Counted from the first letter of the stretch, positions 1-10,349 are shown. The stretch: DNA of 64,000 nucleotides from Minisyncoccota bacterium (GCA_041666915.1 JBAYFZ010000003.1:22394-86393), one strand, 5' to 3'. Numbers and translations: made by a program. The notes: a model not told the origin generated them from the letters alone.

Positions 1-1827
1 GAAGGTATGTGCTTTATAGATCCACACGGAAAGACTGCAGATTTGTTGCTGGAGTATGTTCCAAAGGAACGTATTCGTGATGTTATATATATTGCACCAT
101 TTGATACGGATTACCCTATTTCATTTAATGTTCTTGAAAGTGTAGATCCTCAAAAGAGACACTTGGTAGCCTCTGGTCTTATGAGTACTTTCAAAAAGAT
201 TTGGGAGGATGCTTGGTCTGCCAGAATGGAATATATTTTGACCAATACTCTTTTGGCCTTACTTGAAGCACCTGGTTCTACTTTACTCGGAGTAAACAGG
301 ATGTTGTCTGATAAAGAATATCGTAAAGAGATTGTTTCGCATGTTCAAGATCCGTCGGTCAAAACATTTTGGAATAAAGAGTTTGCTAGTTATACCGAAC
401 GTCAGGCTGCAGAAGCTGTACCAGCTATTCAAAATAAAGTTGGACAATTCACTGCCAATCCCTTGATCCGAAATATGATCGGTCAGGAACATTCTTCTTT
501 TGATTTCCGTGAAGCAATGGACAAAAAGAAAATCATCATCATCAACCTTTCAAAGGGAAGAATCGGTGATGAAAATATGAAACTCTTGGGCGGACTTCTT
601 GTAACCAAGATTTATCTTGCAGCTATGTCACGTGCTGATGTTCCAGATAGGACAGCAAAGATGTTGCCAAATTTCTATCTTTTTGTTGACGAATTTCAAA
701 ACTTCGCTAATGCTTCTTTTGCAGATATTCTCTCTGAAGCTAGAAAATATAAACTCAATCTAACTATTGCTCATCAGTATATAGAACAGATGGACGAGAT
801 AGTTCGTCCAGCCGTCTTTGGTAACGTCGGAACAATGATTGCTTTTCGTGTAGGCGCCACTGATGCTGAAGCTTTGGAAAAAGAATTCGCACCAATCTTT
901 GTTCTTGAAGATTTGGTCAATCTAGGTTTTGCTCAAATATATCTCAAATTGATGATTGATGGACTTTCTTCACAGCCGTTTTCTGCCACGACTTTACCAC
1001 CTATTGCTCATCCAGAAGTTTCTTATGTAAAAGAGATCATATCTGCTTCTCGTGAACAATTTGCTAGACCTAGAGCTGAAGTTGAGCAGATAGTTATGGC
1101 TTTTCATAATCCTGTTGCAAAGCCTCCAGTTACTAAGACTGTTCCAACGGTTAAAACCTCTATACCCAGTACGATTCCAAGTCCTGTAAATAAGGAGTCG
1201 GCTACGATTAAGGTGGTGCCAAATTCAAACCCTGTAAATAAAGAAGTGGTTCCTATTAAAGCTGTAGAAAATATTCCTAAACCGCCAACTATTAATACTG
1301 TAGTTAATTCAAACGTTTCAAAGTCGCCAGTTGTTAATTCGGCGGTTAATTCAAATGTCTCTCAATCTGTTGTGTCAGCCTCAAATCCAGAGCCGGCCGT
1401 TACTTCTTCAAAGTCCATAACTAATTCAAGTGCCCCTAAATCTGTAAGTGCTCCAATTCAACAAGTGTCAAAACCTCCACAATCAAAACCTTCTCCGTCA
1501 ATGCCTTCAATAAATTCGCATCATCCTTTGGAAGATCATACAAAGCCAGTCTCCTTGCATACATTAGCGGCAAGGCATGCTCCTAGAAATGATCCCAAGG
1601 TCCCAACACCAAAGAATGTTAATAGTCTGAAAGATGCTTTGTCAGCTGCTCTAGGTAAAACTAATATTGAAAAAAAGGATTCAGTTGTTCCGCAACAAAA
1701 ACCTGTGAATGTTGGAATTGTCAAACCTGTTCCTCCAACTAATATTTCACCAGCATCAATTCCTGCAAAAGAAGTGCCAAAAGAAGTTCCAGAAGATCTA
1801 TTAAAGAAGGTCTTGAAAGATGACTAA
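1..1827 (+). CDS. Type IV secretion coupling protein-like ATPase (TraG/TraD/VirD4 family), 5'-truncated by the window edge, with a roughly 270-aa disordered P/S/V/N-rich C-terminal tail
   Basis: The ORF runs from the window start. A hydrophobic beta-strand followed by acidic residues (IIIINLSKG...YLFVDEFQNF) looks like the Walker B region of TrwB/VirD4-like coupling ATPases. The C-terminal third is low-complexity (PVAKPPVTKTVPTVK... repeated VNSNVS). Confidence 0.55.
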   Translation, partial: EGMCFIDPHGKTADLLLEYVPKERIRDVIYIAPFDTDYPISFNVLESVDPQKRHLVASGLMSTFKKIWEDAWSARMEYILTNTLLALLEAPGSTLLGVNRMLSDKEYRKEIVSHVQDPSVKTFWNKEFASYTERQAAEAVPAIQNKVGQFTANPLIRNMIGQEHSSFDFREAMDKKKIIIINLSKGRIGDENMKLLGGLLVTKIYLAAMSRADVPDRTAKMLPNFYLFVDEFQNFANASFADILSEARKYKLNLTIAHQYIEQMDEIVRPAVFGNVGTMIAFRVGATDAEALEKEFAPIFVLEDLVNLGFAQIYLKLMIDGLSSQPFSATTLPPIAHPEVSYVKEIISASREQFARPRAEVEQIVMAFHNPVAKPPVTKTVPTVKTSIPSTIPSPVNKESATIKVVPNSNPVNKEVVPIKAVENIPKPPTINTVVNSNVSKSPVVNSAVNSNVSQSVVSASNPEPAVTSSKSITNSSAPKSVSAPIQQVSKPPQSKPSPSMPSINSHHPLEDHTKPVSLHTLAARHAPRNDPKVPTPKNVNSLKDALSAALGKTNIEKKDSVVPQQKPVNVGIVKPVPPTNISPASIPAKEVPKEVPEDLLKKVLKDD

Positions 1828-1847
1828 ATTTATGGAATTATGAAGGT

Positions 1848-3053
1848 ATGAAGCCAAGGCGCATACTCATATTTTCTCTCGTATATTATCCTCGTCTTAT
1901 TGGTGGGGCAGAAGTTGCCATAAAAGAGATAACAGATAGGATTTCTCCGGAAGATGTGGAATTTGATATGGTAACTTTGCGCAAGCATTCACCAGCTTTT
2001 GAACGTATTGGTAATGTTAATATCTATCGAGTTGGTTCAAAGATATTTCCATTTTCAAAATATTTATTTATATTCCTGGCATATTTCAAAGCTTTAGAAT
2101 TACATAAGAAAAATAAATATGATGCCATCTGGTCCATCATGGCCAATTATGCTGGATTTTCTGCACTTTTCTTTAAAAAGAAAAATCCAAAAGTACCATT
2201 TATCTTAACTTTACAAGAAGGGGATTCATTTGATCATATTCGTAGAAGGGTTGGGATTTTCTATCCACTTTTCAAAATGATCTTTGAACGTGCCGACCAT
2301 ATCCAAACCATTTCAAAATATTTGGCAAATTGGGCAAAAGATATGGGCGCAAGATGTCCAGTGACCGTCGTACCAAACGCTGTTGATTATGAATTATTCT
2401 CAAAAGATATTTCTGTAGAAGAAGCTAGTCAATTAAAAAATAAACTTGGTAAAAAAGAGGATGATGTTTTTCTAATAACCACATCTAGGTTGGTGATAAA
2501 AAATGCCGTGAATGACATAATTCAAGCTCTGGAGTATCTTCCAGGTAATATAAAATTTTTGATTCTCGGCACTGGTTATGAAGAAAAAAATCTCAAGAAG
2601 CAAGTTGTTGATTTAAAATTAGAGTACCGCGTCAAATTTTTGGGATTTGTACCACATGCTGAAATGCCGAAGTATTTACATATAAGTGACGTCTTCATCA
2701 GACCATCTCTATCTGAAGGTTTTGGTAACTCTTTTATTGAAGCCATGGCTGTAGGCATTCCTGTTATAGCAACACCAGTTGGTGGTATTGTAGATTTTCT
2801 GAAAGATGGTGAAACGGGACTTTTGTGTGAAGTTAATAATCCAAGAAGTATTGCTCAGAAAGTTGATAAGATAATCAAAGATAGAGAATCAAGAGAATAT
2901 ATTGTGAGACAAGCGAAGGAGATGGTGAAGAAACATTACCAGTGGGACACTGTCGTAGAAAAGATGAAGGAGATTTTTCTATCAGTTTCTACAGTTGAAG
3001 TCTCTCGTCAAGAAATGAAAAATAAGCTTAATTCTGCTAGACTTAAATTATGA
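1848..3053 (+). CDS. Glycosyltransferase family 4 (GT-B fold, retaining)
   Basis: C-terminal EGFGNSFIEAMAVGIPVIATPVGGIVDFL matches the GT4/GT1 E-X7-E donor-binding motif. Length of 401 aa is typical. Confidence 0.8.
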   Translation: MKPRRILIFSLVYYPRLIGGAEVAIKEITDRISPEDVEFDMVTLRKHSPAFERIGNVNIYRVGSKIFPFSKYLFIFLAYFKALELHKKNKYDAIWSIMANYAGFSALFFKKKNPKVPFILTLQEGDSFDHIRRRVGIFYPLFKMIFERADHIQTISKYLANWAKDMGARCPVTVVPNAVDYELFSKDISVEEASQLKNKLGKKEDDVFLITTSRLVIKNAVNDIIQALEYLPGNIKFLILGTGYEEKNLKKQVVDLKLEYRVKFLGFVPHAEMPKYLHISDVFIRPSLSEGFGNSFIEAMAVGIPVIATPVGGIVDFLKDGETGLLCEVNNPRSIAQKVDKIIKDRESREYIVRQAKEMVKKHYQWDTVVEKMKEIFLSVSTVEVSRQEMKNKLNSARLKL

Positions 3054-4159
3054 AAATTTTAATAGCAACCGGAATATACCCACCTGATATTGGAGGGCCT
3101 GCTACATATTCACAATTGCTTCGAGAAAAATTACCGGAGAAGGGAATTCAAGTTAAAATTTTGACCTTTGGAGAAGTTCGTTATTTACCAAAAGTTATCA
3201 GACATCTAGTCTTTTTTTGTAAAGCAATGATTAGGGGTCGTGATGTAGATATAATCTTTGCACAAGATCCAGTTTCGGTCGGCTTTCCATCATGGTTGAC
3301 AACTTTCATCATGCGTAAAAAATTCTTTATACGTGTAGCTGGTGATTATGCTTGGGAACAAGCTGTACAAAGATATGGTATCAAAGATAATATTGATGAT
3401 TTTCAAAAAAAGAAATATGGTGCAAAGACAAGTTTTTTGCGAATGATCCAGAGGTTTGTCGTTGGTAGAGCGGATACAGTATTTACACCTAGTATCTATT
3501 TTAGGGATTTGGTAGCTGGATGGAATAAAAAGCAAAAAAGAGTTTTCCATATTTATAATGGAATTGATATGTTGCCGGTGACTCAAAGTAAAGAAGATGC
3601 ACGAAAAGTGCTTGCGATTCCTAGTGATACAAAAGTTTTAGTAACTATTGGAAGACTTGTACCATGGAAAGGCTTTTTCGGTCTGATAGATGTTGTCGGG
3701 GATTTGCAAAAGGTTTCTTCACAATATCGTCTGTATATTGTTGGTACTGGTCCAGATAAGGAATCTTTGAAGAAATATATCTCTGAAAGAGGTCTTGATG
3801 AAGTGGTTTTTCTCACTGGAGCAGTCCCTCGTGAGAAAGTCTTTTCATATTTGGTAGCTTCAGATGTGTTTGTGCTAAATACGTCATTTGAGAGTTTCTC
3901 ATTCCAAATAGTTGAGGCAATGCACGCTGGTACGCCAGTTATCTCTACGGATATAGGAAATATTTCTGAAATTGTTGAAAATGGTGAGGAGGGAATACTT
4001 GTTGCACCTGATGATAAAAAAGCTTTGAGTGATTCAATCTTGAAAATTGTTAATGATGAACAATTTAGATCGTCTATTATCATGCAGGCTAAAATTAAGT
4101 CAAAGATGTTTTCTATTGAAAATACCTTGAATAAGTTATACACTTTTCTCGTTGAATAA
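3050..4159 (+). CDS. Glycosyltransferase family 4
   Basis: FESFSFQIVEAMHAGTPVISTDIGNISEIVENGEEG is a GT4 signature. The start overlaps the upstream stop by 4 bp, which suggests an operon. Confidence 0.8.
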   Translation: MKILIATGIYPPDIGGPATYSQLLREKLPEKGIQVKILTFGEVRYLPKVIRHLVFFCKAMIRGRDVDIIFAQDPVSVGFPSWLTTFIMRKKFFIRVAGDYAWEQAVQRYGIKDNIDDFQKKKYGAKTSFLRMIQRFVVGRADTVFTPSIYFRDLVAGWNKKQKRVFHIYNGIDMLPVTQSKEDARKVLAIPSDTKVLVTIGRLVPWKGFFGLIDVVGDLQKVSSQYRLYIVGTGPDKESLKKYISERGLDEVVFLTGAVPREKVFSYLVASDVFVLNTSFESFSFQIVEAMHAGTPVISTDIGNISEIVENGEEGILVAPDDKKALSDSILKIVNDEQFRSSIIMQAKIKSKMFSIENTLNKLYTFLVE

Positions 4160-5249
4160 TACCGTGAATCAAAAACGATTATTAATGATTTCGACCGACA
4201 GATTAATCTTTGATGAGAAGAGCGAAGTTCGTGCGCGCCAGATTGAATACGCTAAGAATTGGGACGAAGTACACATTGTCGTCTTTAATCGATACCCCCG
4301 GGGGGTATCAGATGCGAATTTGAAAATCTCCCCTAACTGCTGGATCTATTCAACAGAATCATATTCAAAGTTTTTGTACCCATTTGACGCCATCAAGCTT
4401 GGTCGTCAGATTATTACTGAACATAAAATCAGTGAAATAACTTGCCAAGATTCTTCTCTGACAGCAATGGTCGGCGTATCTCTTAAAAAGAAGTTTAATA
4501 TTCCACTGGAGATTCAGATTCATACGGATATCGGTAGTCCATATTTTGCTCGTACTATTACCAATAAGATCCGACTTATGATGGCAAAAAAATATTTGCT
4601 GGAAGCGGATAAAATAAGGGTCGTTTCAGAGAGAATTAAAAAATATGTTGAGGTGATTCTTTCCAATAAAGATTGTTGCGGTGATTGTAGGTGCGAAACA
4701 GGTAATAGTTGTAAATGTTGCGGTGATAATTGCGCCTGCGATAAGACTTTAATAGAAGTCCGTCCGATAGTTGTAGATACGGAATTTATTAAAAATGCAC
4801 CGATTACTGTTGATTTGCATAAAAAATATCCACAATTTACAAAGATAGTCCTGATGGCTTCACGATTGGAAAAAGAAAAAAATATTGAATTGGCTATTAG
4901 GTCTTGGTCAGAAATTATTAAAATCAATCCAACAGTTGGTTTGATCATAGTCGGTAGTGGCTCCGAAGGATCTAAACTCAAAACATTAATCTCAAAGTTG
5001 GGATTAAATAAGAATATTTTTATGGAAAAATGGGTAGATAAAAATATTCTAGCTTCATATTACAAAACAGCTGATCTGTTTTTGGTCACTTCATTATTTG
5101 AAGGTTACGGTATGACTCTAGTTGAAGCCAATGCTGTCGGGTGTAAGATTGTCTCTACTGACGTAGGAATAGCAAAAGAAATGAATGCGACGATCGTAGG
5201 ATATAATACTAAGGAAGTTGCAGATGTGATTGTTTCCAAGATTAGGTAG
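4152..5249 (+). CDS. Glycosyltransferase family 4 carrying a metallothionein-like Cys-rich insertion
   Basis: EGYGMTLVEANAVGCKIVSTDVG is a GT4 motif. The insert NKDCCGDCRCETGNSCKCCGDNCACDK (12 Cys in about 27 aa) lies between the two Rossmann halves. Confidence 0.7.
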   Translation: MNNTVNQKRLLMISTDRLIFDEKSEVRARQIEYAKNWDEVHIVVFNRYPRGVSDANLKISPNCWIYSTESYSKFLYPFDAIKLGRQIITEHKISEITCQDSSLTAMVGVSLKKKFNIPLEIQIHTDIGSPYFARTITNKIRLMMAKKYLLEADKIRVVSERIKKYVEVILSNKDCCGDCRCETGNSCKCCGDNCACDKTLIEVRPIVVDTEFIKNAPITVDLHKKYPQFTKIVLMASRLEKEKNIELAIRSWSEIIKINPTVGLIIVGSGSEGSKLKTLISKLGLNKNIFMEKWVDKNILASYYKTADLFLVTSLFEGYGMTLVEANAVGCKIVSTDVGIAKEMNATIVGYNTKEVADVIVSKIR

Positions 5250-6288
5250 CAGACGAATTATGAGATTACTGATAATAACCCAAAAAGTAGATAGAGAGGA
5301 TCCAGTATTGGGTTTTTTTCATGGCTGGATAGAAGAATTTTCAAGACGCTTCAAAGCGGTCGTTGTTATTTGTTTATCAAAAGGTAAATATGAATTACCT
5401 GGAAATGTTGCTGTTTTATCACTTGGTAAGGAAAAGTGGCAAAGTAAGGCCAAGTATATTTTTTTATTGTTCTATTTTTCTTTGAGATATTCCAATCGTT
5501 ATGATGCTGTCTTTGTTCACATGAACGAAGAATATGTCGTCTTGGCTGGTTGGTTGTGGAGAATAATGGGAAAGAAGGTTTTCATGTGGCGCAATCATCC
5601 TCATGGAAATACCATGACAGACATAGCTTCAATCTTTTGTAATAAAGTTTTCTGTACATCAAAATATTCTTATACAGCAAAATACAAGAAAACGACGCTT
5701 ATGCCTGTAGGTATAGATATGAATAAATTCAAGGTTGATAATTCTAAACCTAAGATAAAAAATTCCATTCTATTTCTAGGAAGAATAGCAAAGATAAAGA
5801 ATGTTCATATTTTTGTTGAAGCTTTAGGTATGTTGAAAAAAAGCGGAATAATCTTTACGGCTGATATATATGGAGATGCTTTACCAAAAGATACTCAATA
5901 TTTTGAAGAGATAAAGTCAAAAGCAAAAGAGCTTGGTCTTAATAACATGCTTAAATTTATGAGTGGAGTACCGAACTATAAAACACCAGAAATTTATAAT
6001 AGTCATGAAATATTTGTTAACCTGACTCCTAGTGGCGCTTATGATAAGACTATATTTGAAGCAATGGCTTGTGGATGTTTGACTTTGACTACCAATGATA
6101 ATCTGAAAGAACAGGTTGATGGAAGGTTGAGTATAAAGAGTATTGAAGTATCAGAAGTTGTGAAGCAATTGGACGAAGTCTTGTCTTTAGAAGAAGAGAG
6201 TAAAAAGAAGATTATTTCCAATTGTGTTAAGTTTGCTGAAACACAGAGTTTGACGAGTCTCGCTTCCAAGATTGCAGAAACTATCTAA
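5230..6288 (+). CDS. Glycosyltransferase (GT-B, GT4-like)
   Basis: C-terminal ...VNLTPSGAYDKTIFEAMACGCLTLTTND resembles the GT4 EX7E region. It is translationally coupled to its neighbours. Confidence 0.6.
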   Translation: MFPRLGSRRIMRLLIITQKVDREDPVLGFFHGWIEEFSRRFKAVVVICLSKGKYELPGNVAVLSLGKEKWQSKAKYIFLLFYFSLRYSNRYDAVFVHMNEEYVVLAGWLWRIMGKKVFMWRNHPHGNTMTDIASIFCNKVFCTSKYSYTAKYKKTTLMPVGIDMNKFKVDNSKPKIKNSILFLGRIAKIKNVHIFVEALGMLKKSGIIFTADIYGDALPKDTQYFEEIKSKAKELGLNNMLKFMSGVPNYKTPEIYNSHEIFVNLTPSGAYDKTIFEAMACGCLTLTTNDNLKEQVDGRLSIKSIEVSEVVKQLDEVLSLEEESKKKIISNCVKFAETQSLTSLASKIAETI

Positions 6289-6307
6289 TTAACCTATTAT
6301 AATCCCC

Positions 6308-6925
6308 ATGAGTAAACTCATTCCAAGTTTTTGGTATCTCTTAAGAGAGAAGATGAAAGGACGAAATTTTATTTACGAGTTTTATTTCAAAGGTAAAAGA
6401 ACTATTGATGTTGGTTGTGGTGGCGGTCAATTTTTGGCATTTGATAAGAAATTGATACACGGTGTAGATCTGAACGAAGTTGTGGTCCAAAAACTGGCTA
6501 GCGATGGTTTTATGGTCAAAGTTGCTAGTGCCGATAAGATCCCGTATGAAGATGGGAAGTTTGAAATGGCTCATTGTCATAATGTTATAGAACATCTTAT
6601 CCCTAAGACCGCTCACGGAATGTTATGCGAATCTGCAAGAGTTCTGAAAAGGGGCGGTATGTTGGTACTTAGTTCCGAAGTTATAACCAGAAAATTTTGG
6701 GGAACTTTCGGTCACACCAGACCTTATCCTCCAAGTGCTGTTAAAAAATTGTTACGCGAAGATAGTAGGGAAGAATTTGAACCGATTTCCAGCCTTGAAT
6801 GGGTCGGAGTATTTTATTTAGGTGATTATTATTCCAACAGAGTTATGTATTTGATTTCCGCTTTTCTGGGTTATTACACACCACTTTTCAGACGGGAATA
6901 TTTTTTGGTTTTGAGAAAAAAATAA
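6308..6925 (+). CDS. Class I SAM-dependent methyltransferase (Methyltransf_11-like)
   Basis: Motif I IDVGCGGGQFL is present, with a downstream acidic residue and the motif II/III pattern (VLKRGGMLVLS). Confidence 0.7.
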   Translation: MSKLIPSFWYLLREKMKGRNFIYEFYFKGKRTIDVGCGGGQFLAFDKKLIHGVDLNEVVVQKLASDGFMVKVASADKIPYEDGKFEMAHCHNVIEHLIPKTAHGMLCESARVLKRGGMLVLSSEVITRKFWGTFGHTRPYPPSAVKKLLREDSREEFEPISSLEWVGVFYLGDYYSNRVMYLISAFLGYYTPLFRREYFLVLRKK

Positions 6926-6932
6926 GATATTT

Positions 6933-7379
6933 ATGGTTGATTGGACAATAAAAAAATATATAGAATTGAATGATAAATATCCAACGCATACGAAGTTGGT
7001 CCGCTTTTTGATTTCTGGTGGTACAGCTACTTTTGTAAATATTGCTTTGTTGTATGTTTTTACTGACGTATTTGATATATGGTATATAACATCTGCAATA
7101 ATGGCTTTCGTTATTGCTTTTGTTGTTAGTTTTACTCTTCAGAAGTTTTGGACATTCCAAGATATGTCAAAAGAGGGTATGCACCGTCAGGCTATTATAT
7201 ATTTTACGATGGCATCTTTTAACCTTTGTCTGAATGCTGGTTTATTGTATTTATGTGTTGAATATATTGGCCTTCATTATTTATCTGCTCAGATTTTGAT
7301 AAGCATTTTGATTGCAATTGAAAATTATTTCGTTTATCAGTTTTTGATTTTTAGAAGGACTATTTTGATAAAACCATGA
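6933..7379 (+). CDS. GtrA-family membrane protein (polyprenol-phosphate-sugar flippase-like)
   Basis: 148 aa with 4 predicted TM segments. The N-terminal segment LVRFLISGGTATFVNIALLYVFT is typical of GtrA (PF04138). Confidence 0.7.
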   Translation: MVDWTIKKYIELNDKYPTHTKLVRFLISGGTATFVNIALLYVFTDVFDIWYITSAIMAFVIAFVVSFTLQKFWTFQDMSKEGMHRQAIIYFTMASFNLCLNAGLLYLCVEYIGLHYLSAQILISILIAIENYFVYQFLIFRRTILIKP

Positions 7380-9082
7380 TTATTCCAGAATCAAGATTAT
7401 TTTCTTATTCAAAAGAATTGAGAGTTATTCTTATATTATTACTAACCTTTTTTGTGATAAGGATATCGGGTGTCTCCATATCTTATTATCAAGATGAATG
7501 GAAAAATGTATCCTCGGCTTCAAGTGTTGAATCGGCTGGAGCTTTCTTTGCTCATCCGCCTTTGATGCAAATGTGGTTTGTCGCTGGGTATGCGATATTT
7601 GGTGAAAATAATTTTAGACTATTTCCAATACTATTCTCTGCGATGACGCTTGTCCTTCTGTATATTGTTGTGAGGAAAAGATTTGATAATACAACAGCTT
7701 TATTGTCAGCATCTCTTTTTACGGTAGTTTTTTATAGCATCTGGGGTTCTCTAATGGTTGATGTTGATGGCCCAGTGATGCCTTTGCTGTTTTTGCTTGC
7801 AGTATATTGTTACGATGAGTCCAATCTTTCAGCGGATAATTCTAAGCGTAAATGGTTTATATTACTTCTTTTGTCATGTCTTGCTGGATTTTTGATAAAA
7901 CTTAGTTTCATTTTAGTTGTTGGAGTTTTCTTATTGGACTATGTCTGGACTAATTGGCGCAGTTTAACTTTGAAGAAATGGGTGGTCTTGGCTGGATCTC
8001 TGGGTGGTTTCGGTATAATTTATGTCGTTGCTCTTTATGTCATCCAAGCTATTTATCCTGCATTTAGTATTGATTTTATGCTTGGTCATGCCAATCAATT
8101 TGTTCCTGATATTGGAAGGGATTATACACAAATAGTTGTTCAAGGAGTAAAAGCGATTTATTATCTTTCTCCACTTTTGATTGTGCCATTACTATTTTTA
8201 TCAAAAGAGATTTTTAGAAAAACGCGCATATTTTTCATATATCTTTTGGTCGGTTTTCTATTCTATTTCGTCATCTTTGATTTCTCTAGGGGGGTGTTGG
8301 ATAAATATTTGATATTTGCGACGATACCTCTCGCTGTTATATCCGGAGCTATTTTTGCCAGTCTTTTCAAGAATTTTAAACCTTCTTTGAAGAGTCTGAA
8401 AATACCAATAATTATTTCGGTTGTTGTCGCAGTCATTCTCATTGCTATCAATTTCTTACCTCACGCTGTAATGCCTTTGTATCCAAAGACAGAGTGGTTC
8501 TCTAGAGTTTTGCATGGTCAATGGAATTTCCTTAACCCGTTCAATGGTGGTTCTGGTCCAATTGGCTTCTACGTTTCTTTCTTATTTATCGCAGTCTCGT
8601 TTATCTTTTCAGCAGTAGTGGGTTTGGTTGGTCTTATAAAGAAAGATTGGAGACAATCTTGTGCAATTATTCTTATTGCTATTGGTTTGGTTTATAACAT
8701 TGTTCTTGCAGAGGAACTGATGTTCGGAAAGATTAATGGAAATTCTACAAAATTACTCGCCACAGCGGTTTCTTTTATAACCAAAACTGATTCAATAAAG
8801 AAGGTAATGTCATACAACAGTATTGGTATTCGTGAGTTGTCTCCAACTGGGAAATGGTATATGAGGTTTTATGCCGCTCCACAATTTGAGAGTAATCATC
8901 GTAAAGTATTCGCTGACTTCAAAGGGCAATATTTGGTAGTAGATATTCCACATATAAGTGAGAGTATTTTCTATGGAAAGTTCTTGGCTAAATGTGATGT
9001 TATTTTTGAATCTAGATCAGGAAAGATAACCGCTAGAGTTTATGATTGTCTGGACAGTAAGAAGATTATTGATAGTATATAA
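7376..9082 (+). CDS. GT-C fold membrane glycosyltransferase (GT39/ArnT/PMT-like)
   Basis: 568 aa, polytopic with more than 10 TM segments. A DE motif sits in the first extracytoplasmic loop (SYYQDEW). The gene sits between GtrA and a GtrB-like GT2. Confidence 0.5.
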   Translation: MIIPESRLFSYSKELRVILILLLTFFVIRISGVSISYYQDEWKNVSSASSVESAGAFFAHPPLMQMWFVAGYAIFGENNFRLFPILFSAMTLVLLYIVVRKRFDNTTALLSASLFTVVFYSIWGSLMVDVDGPVMPLLFLLAVYCYDESNLSADNSKRKWFILLLLSCLAGFLIKLSFILVVGVFLLDYVWTNWRSLTLKKWVVLAGSLGGFGIIYVVALYVIQAIYPAFSIDFMLGHANQFVPDIGRDYTQIVVQGVKAIYYLSPLLIVPLLFLSKEIFRKTRIFFIYLLVGFLFYFVIFDFSRGVLDKYLIFATIPLAVISGAIFASLFKNFKPSLKSLKIPIIISVVVAVILIAINFLPHAVMPLYPKTEWFSRVLHGQWNFLNPFNGGSGPIGFYVSFLFIAVSFIFSAVVGLVGLIKKDWRQSCAIILIAIGLVYNIVLAEELMFGKINGNSTKLLATAVSFITKTDSIKKVMSYNSIGIRELSPTGKWYMRFYAAPQFESNHRKVFADFKGQYLVVDIPHISESIFYGKFLAKCDVIFESRSGKITARVYDCLDSKKIIDSI

Positions 9083-9087
9083 TCACT

Positions 9088-10341
9088 ATGAAGAAAGACT
9101 TTTGGAAAAGATACTATTACGATTATTTAGATTCCTTCGTTTCTTTTCTTGTACCTGTAAATGCAAAAGTTCTTCATCTAAATCAGAATGAATTTGATAC
9201 GGCAAATCTTTTCTCAAATTCTTCTAAGTATGATTATGTGGTCACTTCTGACACTCTGGGTAATATTCGTGATATAGAGTTGTTCCTAAGGGGAACCAAG
9301 AAAATGCTTACAGATGACGGAAGAGTTGTTATAACTCAATATAATGCCCTTTGGGAGCCTATTTTGAGGCTTGCTTCTGCTTTGGGGTTGAGAAAAGCCG
9401 TTATAGAACAGAACTGGCTTTCAATGTTAGATCTAAAAAACTTTGCTTATTTGGCTGGTTTTGAAGTTATAAAATCTGGTACAAAATTGATTTTACCTGT
9501 TTATATTCCGATCCTATCATTCGTTTGTAATAAATTTTTGATGAATATTTGGCCATTTTCTCATCTTGGTCTTTTTCATTATATTGTTGCAAGAAAGTCC
9601 GGATTAAAGACAGGTGATAAACCATCTATATCTATTGTTGTCCCTGCTAGGAATGAAGCTGGAACAATAGAAAAAATAGCTAGAGAATTGCCAGAATTAG
9701 GTTCGTTCACAGAAATAATTTTTATTGAGGGTAATTCAACCGATAACACTTATTCTGAAATACAAAGAGTTGTAAAGATTTTTGGTAAGACAAAGAAAAT
9801 CAAGTTTGCAAAACAAAGTGGAAAAGGAAAAGGTGATGCTGTCAGAAAAGGTTTTGATATGGCAACTGGTGATATTCTCGCTATATATGATGCTGATATG
9901 ACAGTTCCAGCTGATGAAGTCGTCAAATTCTATGAAGCTATCGTCAGTAATAAAGGGGATTTTATTAATGGGTCTCGTTTGGTCTATCCTATGCAAAAGG
10001 AATCAATGCGAGTTTTGAATTTCTTTGGAAATAAGTTTTTCAGTTTGGCTTTTAGTTGGATTTTGGGACAACCACTCAAAGATACACTTTGTGGTACAAA
10101 AGTCTTGTGGCGTAGTGATTATGAAAAAATCAAACAAGGCAGAACTTTCTTCGGTGATTTTGATCCTTTTGGTGATTTTGATCTCCTGTTTGGTGCAGCA
10201 AAATTAAATTTGAAAATTATTGATATGCCAGTTCATTATGGAGAACGTGTCTATGGCACGACCAACATAAGTCGTTGGAAACATGGATGGTTACTCTTGA
10301 AGATGACAGTTTTCGCTTCAAAAAAGATGAAATTTTTGTAG
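9088..10341 (+). CDS. GT2 glycosyltransferase (polyprenol-phosphate sugar synthase / GtrB-like) with an N-terminal methyltransferase-like domain
   Basis: C-terminal half: SIVVPARNEAGTIEKI ... IYDADMTVPADEV (the GT-A DXD motif). Confidence 0.65.
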   Translation: MKKDFWKRYYYDYLDSFVSFLVPVNAKVLHLNQNEFDTANLFSNSSKYDYVVTSDTLGNIRDIELFLRGTKKMLTDDGRVVITQYNALWEPILRLASALGLRKAVIEQNWLSMLDLKNFAYLAGFEVIKSGTKLILPVYIPILSFVCNKFLMNIWPFSHLGLFHYIVARKSGLKTGDKPSISIVVPARNEAGTIEKIARELPELGSFTEIIFIEGNSTDNTYSEIQRVVKIFGKTKKIKFAKQSGKGKGDAVRKGFDMATGDILAIYDADMTVPADEVVKFYEAIVSNKGDFINGSRLVYPMQKESMRVLNFFGNKFFSLAFSWILGQPLKDTLCGTKVLWRSDYEKIKQGRTFFGDFDPFGDFDLLFGAAKLNLKIIDMPVHYGERVYGTTNISRWKHGWLLLKMTVFASKKMKFL

Positions 10342-10349
10342 TACCCGTG

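Noticed and set aside
283-4981. Short antisense ORFs within the first genes (283-492, 1536-1724, 2576-2758, 3290-3586, 3583-4143, 4520-4981, all minus strand)
   Set aside because: They are fully embedded opposite strongly supported plus-strand genes and have no domains. They are typical spurious ORFs in AT-rich DNA.
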